NCBI GenBank assembly: GCA_963706595.1
Contig: OY970166.1
Location: 4,096,001 to 4,160,000, forward strand
Direction: 5' to 3'
DNA: 64,000 nucleotides
Origin: an uncultured cyanobacterium
Lineage (GTDB): Bacteria; Cyanobacteriota; Cyanobacteriia; Cyanobacteriales; Nostocaceae
This document shows positions 1 through 8,874 of the stretch, piece after piece. How positions within the stretch are numbered: position 1 is the stretch's first letter; every line of letters begins with the position of its first letter. The position numbers and the translations under genes are program-made. A model generated the notes under the pieces. The model was not told where the DNA came from, ran no database searches, and was given only the letters and a program-made list of their open reading frames with translations.

Positions 1-2
1 AC

Positions 3-563
3 TTAGGTAAACCAGACCTATCAATGATTATCAACGGCGTATTGGCGGGCTTGGTAGCAATCACAGCATCTTGTGCTTACGTGAGTATTCCGGCTTCTTT
101 AATCATTGGCTTCATTGGGGGAGTCATCGTAGTTTTCTCAGTTACACTCTTTGACAAAATCCGCATTGATGACCCAGTAGGCGCGACCTCAGTTCACCTA
201 ATTTGCGGTATCTGGGGAACTCTCGCCGTGGGTCTGTGGTCTGCCGGTCCTGGTGTTTATTCCTGGTATGGTGAAGGTGCGGGACCAACTGCGGGTTTAT
301 TTGCCGGCGGTGGCTTGGGACAGTTATTCATTCAACTGGTGGGAATTCTGAGTGTAGGCGGGATGACAGTTGTGGTCAGCAGCATCTTCTGGTTGTTGCT
401 CAAGGCTACTTTAGGTATCCGAGTATCTCGCGAAGAAGAATTAGAAGGTTTGGATATCAGCGAACACGGTATGGAAGCATACAATGGATTCGTGACAGAA
501 ACTAGCTCCGGAGGATTTCCCGAAGGATATGGTTCATCTGGAATCTCACAAGACAAATATTAA
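3..563 (+). CDS. amt: Ammonium transporter (Amt family), 3' part; 5' end lies outside the window
   Basis: Open frame from base 3 ([22 protein letters not shown]...); Amt motifs [17 protein letters not shown] and [18 protein letters not shown]. Confidence 0.95.
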   Translation, partial: LGKPDLSMIINGVLAGLVAITASCAYVSIPASLIIGFIGGVIVVFSVTLFDKIRIDDPVGATSVHLICGIWGTLAVGLWSAGPGVYSWYGEGAGPTAGLFAGGGLGQLFIQLVGILSVGGMTVVVSSIFWLLLKATLGIRVSREEELEGLDISEHGMEAYNGFVTETSSGGFPEGYGSSGISQDKY

Positions 564-642
564 TTAGTCATTTGTCATTAGTCATTTGTCCTTAGTTCTT
601 GAGGGTGCATAAATGACCAAGCACTCCGCGTATTTATTGCTG

Positions 643-689
643 AACCCGCCCATGAGATTTTTGACATCAATCCCAGTGGCGGGTTTTTT
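643..689 (+). terminator. Probable intrinsic terminator after amt
   Basis: AACCCGCC...GGCGGGTT stem followed by a T-run. Confidence 0.55.
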
Positions 690-789
690 CATGCAAAATT
701 TTTTCTCGCTTAAAGTTATGGGAAGTGCTAAGTGCTAATGACATATTGGCGCTGGCGATTTAAAATCTGAGTCAAATCATTGGTATATT

Positions 790-1623
790 TTGCTATTTGT
801 GTCCACTTCTGCAAAAACCTTTCCGATCTGGGGATTTTTCTTGCTGGTAACCAACAGCATACTAATGTTGGCGGTCATCTTGCTGATTTGGCAACAGCAG
901 CGATTAAAGGCTGTTTTTGGCAATCCACTCTCCCCCGACTCAGTTCGTCAAACTCAAGCCGTCACACTAGATTTAGGTCGCCGTCATCAACTCGGTTATC
1001 AGCAGTGGCTAGATATTCTCAAGCAAGAAGCTCAAGTGGCTTCTGACCAGCCTCCTGAGCGTTTAAGCATCCTCACAGGAGATTCTCTGAGTCTGTGGTT
1101 TCCGCCCCAGTTGCTACCCGAAGACAGAAATTGGCTCAATCAGGCGATTTCGGGTGAATCCAGTGATGGGCTATTAAAAAGATTAGACTTATTTGACCGT
1201 ACCCAGCCAGAGGTAATTTTTGTGATGATTGGCATTAATGATCTCATCCGGGGGGTAAGCGATCAAGTGATTTTAAAGAATCAGCGTCGAATTATGACTT
1301 ACCTGCGTAAAACCCATCCTCAAGCGCAAATTGTTGTTCAGTCGATTTTGCCTCATGGGGATGAAGCCGCAACTTGGGAGGGAAGAGAGAAACTGCTGAA
1401 GATTCCCAACAGTCGGATTCGCCAGTTAAATCAACAACTCCAAAAAACAGCTACCAAAGTTGGTGTTAAATATCTTGACTTGTATCCTTTATTTACCAAC
1501 CAGCAGGGTAATCTCCGCAGTGAATTTACCACTGATGGTTTACATCTCAATCCTACAGGTTATGTAGTTTGGCGGACTGCGTTACAAATGTATAGCAATA
1601 TGGAAGTAGGGCGTGGGGAGTAG
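790..1623 (+). CDS. SGNH/GDSL hydrolase with N-terminal membrane anchor
   Basis: GDSL block I, GIND block III, DGLH block V; hydrophobic N-terminal helix. Confidence 0.9.
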   Translation: MLFVSTSAKTFPIWGFFLLVTNSILMLAVILLIWQQQRLKAVFGNPLSPDSVRQTQAVTLDLGRRHQLGYQQWLDILKQEAQVASDQPPERLSILTGDSLSLWFPPQLLPEDRNWLNQAISGESSDGLLKRLDLFDRTQPEVIFVMIGINDLIRGVSDQVILKNQRRIMTYLRKTHPQAQIVVQSILPHGDEAATWEGREKLLKIPNSRIRQLNQQLQKTATKVGVKYLDLYPLFTNQQGNLRSEFTTDGLHLNPTGYVVWRTALQMYSNMEVGRGE

Positions 1624-1742
1624 GGAGTGGGGAGTGGGGATTAGGGAGTGGGGAGTAAGCGGAATATTTTCCCATTGCCTAGAAAATAGCGTCTTAGCAC
1701 GAGAAAATAAGAAATAGTCATTGAAACTGCCAAAAAAGAACA

Positions 1743-2952
1743 ATGGATACAAAAGCTTTTAAACGGACACTGCAACATTCGGAAAATTACAACCGCAAGG
1801 GATTTGGTCACAAAGCAGAAGTTACTACCCAGTTGCAATCTGAGTATCAAAGTGACTTGATTCAAGAAATCCGCGATCGCAACTACACATTGCAACGAGG
1901 TGATGTCACCATCAGACTAGCCCAAGCCTTTGGTTTTTGCTGGGGTGTAGAACGCGCGATCGCAATGGCTTATGAAACCCGTCAGCATTTCCCCACAGAA
2001 CGCATCTGGATTACTAACGAGATTATTCACAATCCCTCTGTGAATCAGCGAATGCAGGAAATGAATATCGGATTTATTCCTGTACAAGCAAATCAAAAAG
2101 ATTTTTCAGTGGTAAAAACTGGTGATGTGGTCATCCTACCTGCATTTGGAGCCAGCGTTCAAGAAATGCAGATTCTCCATGATCAAGGTTGCAAAATTGT
2201 TGATACCACTTGTCCTTGGGTATCTAAAGTCTGGAATACCGTGGAAAAGCACAAAAAAGTGGCTTACACTTCCATTATTCACGGTAAATATAAGCACGAA
2301 GAAACAATTGCTACAAGTTCCTTTGCTGGCAAATATCTGATTGTGCTGAATTTGAAAGAAGCCCAATATGTTGTAGATTACATTCTCAATGGTGGCAACC
2401 GCGAGGAATTTTTGCAAAAATTTGCTAAAGCTTGTTCGGCAGGATTTGACCCTGATCAGGACTTACAACGAGTGGGGATTGCTAATCAAACCACTATGCT
2501 CAAAGATGAAACTGAGCAAATTGGCAAGCTGTTTGAGCGCACCATGATGCAGAAGTATGGAACCATTGAGTTAAATCAGCATTTCCAAAGCTTTAATACC
2601 ATCTGTGATGCTACCCAAGAGCGGCAAGATGCCATGTTGGAATTAGTACAAGAAGACTTAGACTTCATGCTAGTAATTGGGGGATTTAATTCATCCAATA
2701 CCGCCCAATTACAACAAATTGCGGACCGAGAGAAAAATTCCTTCCTATCACATTGATTGTGTAGAAAGAATAAAATCAGCAAATGCTATTGAACATCGCC
2801 AGTTAAATGGAGAATTAGCGATCGCGCAAAATTGGCTACCCAATGGCAAAATTATCGTCGGAGTGACTTCCGGTGCTTCCACACCCGATAAAGTAGTCGA
2901 AGATATCATGGAAAAGATTTTTGCATTAAAAGCCTTAGTCCCAGCACTTTAA
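1743..2952 (+). CDS. ispH: 4-hydroxy-3-methylbut-2-enyl diphosphate reductase, with an apparent +1 frameshift near 2721-2724
   Basis: [23 protein letters not shown] and IGGFNSSNT motifs in the first frame; the C-terminus (KIPSYHID...[10 protein letters not shown]) continues in another frame. Confidence 0.93.
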
Positions 2953-2967
2953 CCACAAAATCCCGCT

Positions 2968-3068
2968 CCCCTCTCCTACACCCCTCTCCTACTCCCCTCT
3001 CCTACTCCCCTCTCCTACTCCCCTTCTCCTGCTCCCTCTCCTTAGTAAGGAGAGGGTTGGGGTGAGGT
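2968..3068. repeat. 13-bp tandem repeat (CCCCTCTCCTACT) about x5, ending in a CCCTCTCCTT-N3-AAGGAGAGGG hairpin; related hairpin at about 59224-59262
   Basis: Read directly from the sequence. Confidence 0.85.
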
Positions 3069-3071
3069 TTT

Positions 3072-5288
3072 CTACAACTTAGGTAAAATTTCCGGTAACA
3101 AATGACCAGGAACCTGAGATAAAGCGAGATTTTGTCCCTGTATCCCCAATTTACTGTGGAAAGCCCGAATTGTTTTCACCACATAAGCGAAAGTTGTTTG
3201 ATAAGCCTCTGATTGTTGGCTAAATCCATTCAAGGCTTGCAAATGATGATTTAATGCTGCCTCTAAATGTTGCGAACTTGCGGCTTTGTCACCATGAAAA
3301 CAATCATCTGTTACTAGCTGATAATGAGCTAATCCCAAATTATTGTGAGCAGCAAACAAATCAAAACTTAAAGGTGTACCGCTAATTGAGTTAGCCAAGG
3401 CAATAGCTTCATCATAAGCATCAATACACAATTGTAATAATTTTTGGCGTGACTCTTTACTGGTTTGAGATAAGTTTGATAAATGCCAGTATGCAGTCCC
3501 CAAATTATTTTGTGTCGCAGCACAAGCACTGGGAAGATTCGCTGGAGTCCGATATTTCAGCGCTTCACAGTAAACATCAATCGCTAGTTGCAGGTTTTTG
3601 GCTGGTTGTTCGTCGTATTGTGCCAAATTCCAGTAGGCAGTGCCGATATTATTTTGAATCATGCCATACTTCAACGGTTCCTGTTCGGGGCTGTAGTGAG
3701 CCAACGCTTGACTGTATGAGGCGATCGCCTTGTGCAAATGCACCACTGGTTGATCATACTGCCCTAAATGCCAGTAAGCAGTGCCTAAATTATTTTGGCA
3801 AGCCGCATACTTTAATGGTTCCATATCGGCTTGACGATACCGCAGCGCTTCACTGTAAGCTAATACTGCTTGTTGCCAATTATCCGCAGAATTAGCAAAA
3901 CGAGCTAAATCACCATAAGCAGTCCCTAAATTATTTTGAACTCGTGCATAGGTTTCTGACTGTTCTTCGGCAGATATCAGCCTTAAAGCCAAATGATAAA
4001 ATTCAATTGCTTGTTCTATGTAAGCTTTTCCATCCCCTGAGTTATGGGGGGCGCGGTACAGCATCCAGTAAAGTGTACCCAAGTCATTTAAAATATCTGG
4101 GAGTTGCGGTGATGTTTCATCACAGGCGATCGCCTCCTGATAGGCAAGAATTGCCACCATCAAATTTTCTAAACTCGACTTTCCCTGTTCAATCCGTAAG
4201 CGATATAAGTTTCCTAAATTGTGATAAGCTGCCGCCAATACCTCTCCAGAGGCTTGTTGTGAGTGTAGTTCCTCAATCTCTAACAGCATTTGCTGCGGTT
4301 GTTGGTTATCCTCTCCATCTTCATCAAGCTTTGTGTTCATTGTTCCTAGAACTAGCTCGGCTAAGTCCTGGCTAATGTGAGACAACGACCCTGGCGATTG
4401 GCTATGATCTTGATTGGATCTAGACGTGGATTTCCGTTGCTGCGTTTCAACCTTCAGTAATTCCGAAGTTAAATGCCAAGCTTCTGGCTTTTTATCTGGC
4501 TGCTTTCTTGGTGATTCCACCGGGAAGTCAAAGTCATCCCCAAATTTTAAGCCGTTGGCAGACGCGGCTTTGAGTTCGGCTTCAATAACTGCTTCATCCA
4601 AAACAGATTGCTCAATATCTTCTAAATCCAAATCTCTAGAACGGTCAGAACGTTCTGGATAACCTTGATTTTCTGTTGTGGGCGTGGGTTCCCCCGCAAA
4701 CACAAACACACCAGTCCGCCAACGCCAAAACTGTGGTGCTGACTGCTGAATGGCAGACAACCAAGGACGCGATACCCACAACAGCATACTGGAATCTAAA
4801 AACTGACTGGACTCTTGACTAGAAAAATTTTCTTCACTTAAGCGCAGATAGTGTAAAAATAAACGCTGTATCGCTACTGGTTGCTTAGTTAACTGTTCCA
4901 CACCGACAATTTGAAATATCGGTATTGGTAGGGGTCTTCCAGACGTATCTTTTGATGCCCCAATAATTGGTGGTGGATAATTAGCTAACCATTGATTTAT
5001 ATGATCTATGGGATTCGGATCACTTAAATTCAACCTCAATGTCACTAATCGCGGATAAGCTGGAGTGCTAGATTCCTGACCATCCACAGATTTATATAGC
5101 ACTTGCCCCACTGGATAAGCTAAAGTGGAATGCAAACGAGCCGCTACTTGATTTCGCAAGTGTAAATTGTCACTGACTGCTAAAAAAACTTGTCGTCTTA
5201 AACCAAGACTGAGGGAAAGTTTCAGACGATGATATACTTGGCGATTCCAAGTAAAATTATTGGGGTGTGTAGTATCATTCACGCTCAT
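3072..5288 (-). CDS. Tetratricopeptide-repeat protein
   Basis: Multiple QNNLGTAY-type TPR repeats in the C-terminal half. Confidence 0.9.
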   Translation of the reverse strand: MSVNDTTHPNNFTWNRQVYHRLKLSLSLGLRRQVFLAVSDNLHLRNQVAARLHSTLAYPVGQVLYKSVDGQESSTPAYPRLVTLRLNLSDPNPIDHINQWLANYPPPIIGASKDTSGRPLPIPIFQIVGVEQLTKQPVAIQRLFLHYLRLSEENFSSQESSQFLDSSMLLWVSRPWLSAIQQSAPQFWRWRTGVFVFAGEPTPTTENQGYPERSDRSRDLDLEDIEQSVLDEAVIEAELKAASANGLKFGDDFDFPVESPRKQPDKKPEAWHLTSELLKVETQQRKSTSRSNQDHSQSPGSLSHISQDLAELVLGTMNTKLDEDGEDNQQPQQMLLEIEELHSQQASGEVLAAAYHNLGNLYRLRIEQGKSSLENLMVAILAYQEAIACDETSPQLPDILNDLGTLYWMLYRAPHNSGDGKAYIEQAIEFYHLALRLISAEEQSETYARVQNNLGTAYGDLARFANSADNWQQAVLAYSEALRYRQADMEPLKYAACQNNLGTAYWHLGQYDQPVVHLHKAIASYSQALAHYSPEQEPLKYGMIQNNIGTAYWNLAQYDEQPAKNLQLAIDVYCEALKYRTPANLPSACAATQNNLGTAYWHLSNLSQTSKESRQKLLQLCIDAYDEAIALANSISGTPLSFDLFAAHNNLGLAHYQLVTDDCFHGDKAASSQHLEAALNHHLQALNGFSQQSEAYQTTFAYVVKTIRAFHSKLGIQGQNLALSQVPGHLLPEILPKL

Positions 5289-5393
5289 GGCGGCTCAGAA
5301 GCCCAAACATGGTATACATAAATTTCACAGGTCAAAGAAGAGGAACGGGGGCAGGGTGCAGGATCAATTTTTTCAGATGTTGATAATTTAAAA

Positions 5394-5407
5394 GTATTTA
5401 TTTATAC
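5394..5407. promoter_or_regulatory. Possible NtcA-binding site (GTA-N8-TAC)
   Basis: GTATTTATTTATAC about 105 nt upstream of the TPR gene; no properly spaced -10 box found, so it may be chance in AT-rich DNA. Confidence 0.25.
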
Positions 5408-5430
5408 TTGGTTCCTTATATAATTCTAAC

Positions 5431-5471
5431 AAAAAAGAAAAAGCAAGGACCCCAATAACATGGGAACCTTG
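5431..5471 (-). terminator. Intrinsic terminator of psb34
   Basis: Minus strand CAAGGTTCCCA...TGGGGTCCTTG hairpin followed by CTTTTTCTTTTTT. Confidence 0.65.
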
Positions 5472-5509
5472 ACCACCAAAATATTAAATTTTATGACAAA
5501 ATTTCCGGC

Positions 5510-5689
5510 TCAACCGACATGAGAAACAGAGAAGGCAACAACAATTAACCCAGCAACCAAAGCTGCACCAGCGAGTCCTAAGAAAATATAGGTACGTTTT
5601 TGGCTGTTTGTCGGAGGTTCTGCTGGGTAAACCTTTGGTTCGCGGGCGAAATTGTTCAGACGACCGCCTTCTTCGTTTGTATAGGGCAT
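5510..5689 (-). CDS. psb34: Photosystem II assembly factor Psb34 (Ssl1498 family), 59 aa; missing from the ORF track
   Basis: Manual translation MPYTNEEGGRLNNFAREPKVYPAEPPTNSQKRTYIFLGLAGAALVAGLIVVAFSVSHVG; characteristic GRLNNFA.EPK motif plus one TM helix. Confidence 0.88.
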   Translation of the reverse strand: MPYTNEEGGRLNNFAREPKVYPAEPPTNSQKRTYIFLGLAGAALVAGLIVVAFSVSHVG

Positions 5690-5778
5690 GAATTAATTCC
5701 TTATTATCTGCTTTTATTCGTTTTATGTTACATACACGCTATATTCTGCTTTCATACTTAGAGATAAATCTTTACGTT

Positions 5779-5884
5779 GGGGAGTGGGGAGTGGGGAGTG
5801 GGGAGTGGGGAGTGGGGAGTGGGGAATGGGGAGTGGGGAGTGGGGAATGGGGAATGGGGAGTGGGGAATGGGGAGTGGGGAGTG
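5779..5884. repeat. STRR heptamer array (GGGGAGT/GGGGAAT)n
   Basis: About 15 tandem heptamer units. Confidence 0.95.
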
Positions 5885-5910
5885 ATACTTAATTCCCAAT
5901 CCCCGATTCT

Positions 5911-6735
5911 TTAATTAGTAATTGTGCCTGTGAGTGGTGAACTGGCACTAGCGTAGGTTTTCAGAGGCATTCTGCCAGCTAGATATGCTAAACGACCGGC
6001 TACTGCTGCTAAATTCATGGCTTGAGCCATGACTGGGGGATTTTGGGAAAGGGCGATCGCACTATTAATTAATAAAGCATCAGCACCTAATTCCATCGCC
6101 TGAGCCGCTTCCGAGGGTGAACCAATGCCAGCATCTACCACTACTGGTATATTGGCATTTTCAATGATAATTTGAATATTAGCCGTTGTTTTCAGCCCTT
6201 GTCCTGAACCAATGGGCGACGCTAAAGGCATGACTGTGGCACAGCCCACATCTTCTAGACGCTTGGCTAACATGGGGTCTGCATTAATGTAAGGCAGGAC
6301 AGCAAAACCTTCTTTCACTAGCTGTTCAGCAGCTTGTAGCGTCCCAATCGGATCAGGAAGTAAATATTTCGGATCAGGTATAACTTCTAATTTCACAAAA
6401 TTATTATCTTCCTGTCCCAATAGTTTCGCCATTTCGCGCCCCAAACGCGCCACCCGAATGGCATCCTCTGCGGTTTCACAGCCGGCAGTATTAGGCAACA
6501 TCCAGATTTTTGTCCAATCCAAAGCTTCAGCTAAACCTTCATGTCCTGCGGCTTTCGTTTGCACCCTTCTGACTGCCACAGTCACAATCTGACAACCACT
6601 AGCAACAACACTTTGCTGCATTTCCGCAATACTGCGATATTTGCCCGTCCCCGTCATCAACCGAGATTGAAAAGTCTTCCCAGCAATTACCAATGGTGAA
6701 TTTGTAGAGACGCGATTCATCGCGTCTTCATTCAA
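5911..6735 (-). CDS. thiG: Thiazole synthase (alternative ATG start at 6720); in frame with upstream thiO
   Basis: [22 protein letters not shown] and VVVDAGIG motifs. Confidence 0.95.
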   Translation of the reverse strand: MNEDAMNRVSTNSPLVIAGKTFQSRLMTGTGKYRSIAEMQQSVVASGCQIVTVAVRRVQTKAAGHEGLAEALDWTKIWMLPNTAGCETAEDAIRVARLGREMAKLLGQEDNNFVKLEVIPDPKYLLPDPIGTLQAAEQLVKEGFAVLPYINADPMLAKRLEDVGCATVMPLASPIGSGQGLKTTANIQIIIENANIPVVVDAGIGSPSEAAQAMELGADALLINSAIALSQNPPVMAQAMNLAAVAGRLAYLAGRMPLKTYASASSPLTGTITN

Positions 6736-6750
6736 CGCGATTCATGCGTC
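6704..6750 (-). repeat. Two copies of the dispersed palindromic repeat GACGCGATGAATCGCGTC(TCTAC) at the thiO/thiG junction
   Basis: Same unit occurs at 24404-24530 and 55317-55339. Confidence 0.85.
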
Positions 6751-7896
6751 ATCAACGATATTTCCGTTAGAGAAGTTAGCAGAGTGAGTGAACATAGAAG
6801 TGGGGGTAGATGACTGACTATGAAAGCGGGAATAGTGGAAATTAGACAATATCGGATCAGATTTGTGTTCCCAAATCAAATCGGCAATTAAGGCTGCGGT
6901 GATCGGCGCAAGTAATATACCATTACGATAATGACCTGTCGCCAAGGTTAAATTTTGACAGTGGCTAGTGCCAAAAATCGGTAACTCATCAGGTGTGGCG
7001 GGACGAAATCCCCACCAAAATTCCTGAATGGGATAATCCTGTAATTGGGGATAGAGACTTATGGCTTGTTGAAGTAAAGTTTGAATACCTGCGGGGGTGT
7101 TGTGGGGCGTAAAACCCACATCTTCACTCGTCGCCCCAATAATAATCGAACGGTTTCGCCTTGGTACGATGTAAATATTATCTCCGAACAAAACTCTTGT
7201 CAGGGGCAATTCTGGGATAAAATCTGGAACTCGCACCCTGAGCATTTGTCCTTTGCGAGGACTCACAGGTAATGGTAATAATTCATTAGACCATGCACCT
7301 GTAGCTAAAACATAATGGTCAGCACGAATCACGCCTGTGTTGGTTTGTACACCAACAACCTCTCCAGACTGCTGTAAAAATGCTTCTACTTTAATGCCAT
7401 CTTTAAATTCCACACCCAGAGACTCAGCAGCCGTCCTCAGTACATTTATTAAAGCCCGATTATCAACTTGTCCATCTTCTGGATACCACCAGCCACCAAC
7501 GACTTCTGAACCCAATCCTGGCTGATATTGATGAATTGCTGCTTGATTTAGCCAATATGGGAATTGGGCAGTGGTGGAAGCATTTAATTTATCTTTTTGT
7601 CCTTGATAAACTGGTGCTAAGATTCCACAAGGCCAGTAACCAGTATTTAAACCAGTCAAATCTTCAAGTTTGTGTGTCCAGTCTGGATATAAGGCACGCG
7701 ATCGCCTGCACAAAGAAAGCATTGCACCATTGGGGATGTTTTCCGCATCTGGTGCTAACATCCCGGCGGCGGCGTGGGTAGCAGCAGCCTGAAAATCACG
7801 GCAAAGCACGGTGACAGAGCCGCCGCGCAATTTTAACTCTACGGCGATCGCCAAGCCAATAACACCGCCACCAATAATTAAAACGTCACTAGTCAT
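6742..7896 (-). CDS. thiO: Glycine oxidase ThiO
   Basis: IIGGGVIG FAD-binding motif, AAAGMLAP, GFRPATPD and GHYRNGILLAP. Confidence 0.93.
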   Translation of the reverse strand: MTSDVLIIGGGVIGLAIAVELKLRGGSVTVLCRDFQAAATHAAAGMLAPDAENIPNGAMLSLCRRSRALYPDWTHKLEDLTGLNTGYWPCGILAPVYQGQKDKLNASTTAQFPYWLNQAAIHQYQPGLGSEVVGGWWYPEDGQVDNRALINVLRTAAESLGVEFKDGIKVEAFLQQSGEVVGVQTNTGVIRADHYVLATGAWSNELLPLPVSPRKGQMLRVRVPDFIPELPLTRVLFGDNIYIVPRRNRSIIIGATSEDVGFTPHNTPAGIQTLLQQAISLYPQLQDYPIQEFWWGFRPATPDELPIFGTSHCQNLTLATGHYRNGILLAPITAALIADLIWEHKSDPILSNFHYSRFHSQSSTPTSMFTHSANFSNGNIVDDA

Positions 7897-7983
7897 TAGT
7901 CATTAGTCATTTATCATTAGCTATTTACCATTAGTACATAAACTAATAACCCATAACTAATAACTCGTCACGACTATCCTGGT

Positions 7984-8436
7984 TTACCACAAAGCCCGAA
8001 TTGGACTTCTAGCCCGATTGCTGGTGCTAGCTGTGTTGCTGGTTGAGGTTGTACCTGAGCTAAAGTCTGTGCTTCTAGTTCCTGATGTTGTAGTAGTATC
8101 AGAGCTTGAGAACGAATCATTACTCTGAGCAACACTACCTCTATTTTCAGAAGTAGAAAAGCTATCTTGAGCAACACTACCTCTATTTTCAGAAGTAGAA
8201 AAATTATCCTGAGCAACGCTACCGCTACTTTCAGGGGCTGTCTCGTTACTTGTAGTCCTACTAGGAGCGGAGCTATTAACATTAATATTAGCTGGGAGTA
8301 CTTTGGATGTTTTGCCGTCAGCAGCATCATTCCTGGCCGTTTGTTGTCCACCCATCGGAAAATTGATCCCTAACAACGTACCAAATAAAATTGCCAAGCC
8401 TCCGGCCATGAGAATTAGTGGAGTCCATCTACCCAT
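7984..8436 (-). CDS. Hypothetical Ser/Thr-rich protein with N-terminal TM helix and a 14-aa (42-bp) internal repeat
   Basis: TM helix residues 7-27; SVAQD(N/S)FSTSENRG repeated; C-terminal PIRALW; purine-rich RBS-like sequence upstream. Confidence 0.7.
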   Translation of the reverse strand: MGRWTPLILMAGGLAILFGTLLGINFPMGGQQTARNDAADGKTSKVLPANINVNSSAPSRTTSNETAPESSGSVAQDNFSTSENRGSVAQDSFSTSENRGSVAQSNDSFSSSDTTTTSGTRSTDFSSGTTSTSNTASTSNRARSPIRALW

Positions 8437-8460
8437 CTTAATATTTTCTCCTTTTTTAAC

Positions 8461-8799
8461 CTAACCTTCTGGTGTCCATACTATTTGGGAACCTTGTCCC
8501 CAAAACCCATCGAATTTTGTGACTTTTACATCCCCTAGTACCTCGGTTTGACAAGCTAAACGGAGTTCAGTTGTAGGAGAATGGGGAGGAAGCGAACGTC
8601 TCGCTTTGTCTCGCCAATTTGCAACAGATACCTCACCTTCCACTTTGACTGCACAGGTTCCACAACTGCCAATGCCTCGACAGTTGATTAACTTAGCGCC
8701 GCCATTGTAGAGGTCAACACCATTTTGCTGCAAAACTCGCCGTAAATTAGCTCTCGCGTCGCACTTAATTGTCTTACCTTGAGCTAGTACTTTGGGCAT
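8461..8799 (-). CDS. 2Fe-2S ferredoxin-like protein
   Basis: NCRGIGSCGTC and RLACQ cysteine motifs. Confidence 0.9.
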   Translation of the reverse strand: MPKVLAQGKTIKCDARANLRRVLQQNGVDLYNGGAKLINCRGIGSCGTCAVKVEGEVSVANWRDKARRSLPPHSPTTELRLACQTEVLGDVKVTKFDGFWGQGSQIVWTPEG

Positions 8800-8874
8800 A
8801 TCTTAATTACCAAACTGGCTTTTTGTTGTATATTGGCACATCGCTTTACTCGTTGTCTCGCAAGTCTCAGTTTT

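Noticed and set aside
3449..4662. Plus-strand ORFs inside the TPR gene
   Set aside because: Antisense shadows with no recognisable motifs
7974..8351. 125-aa alternative-frame ORF
   Set aside because: Overlaps the better-supported 7984-8436 gene on the same strand; it stays open because of the repeat
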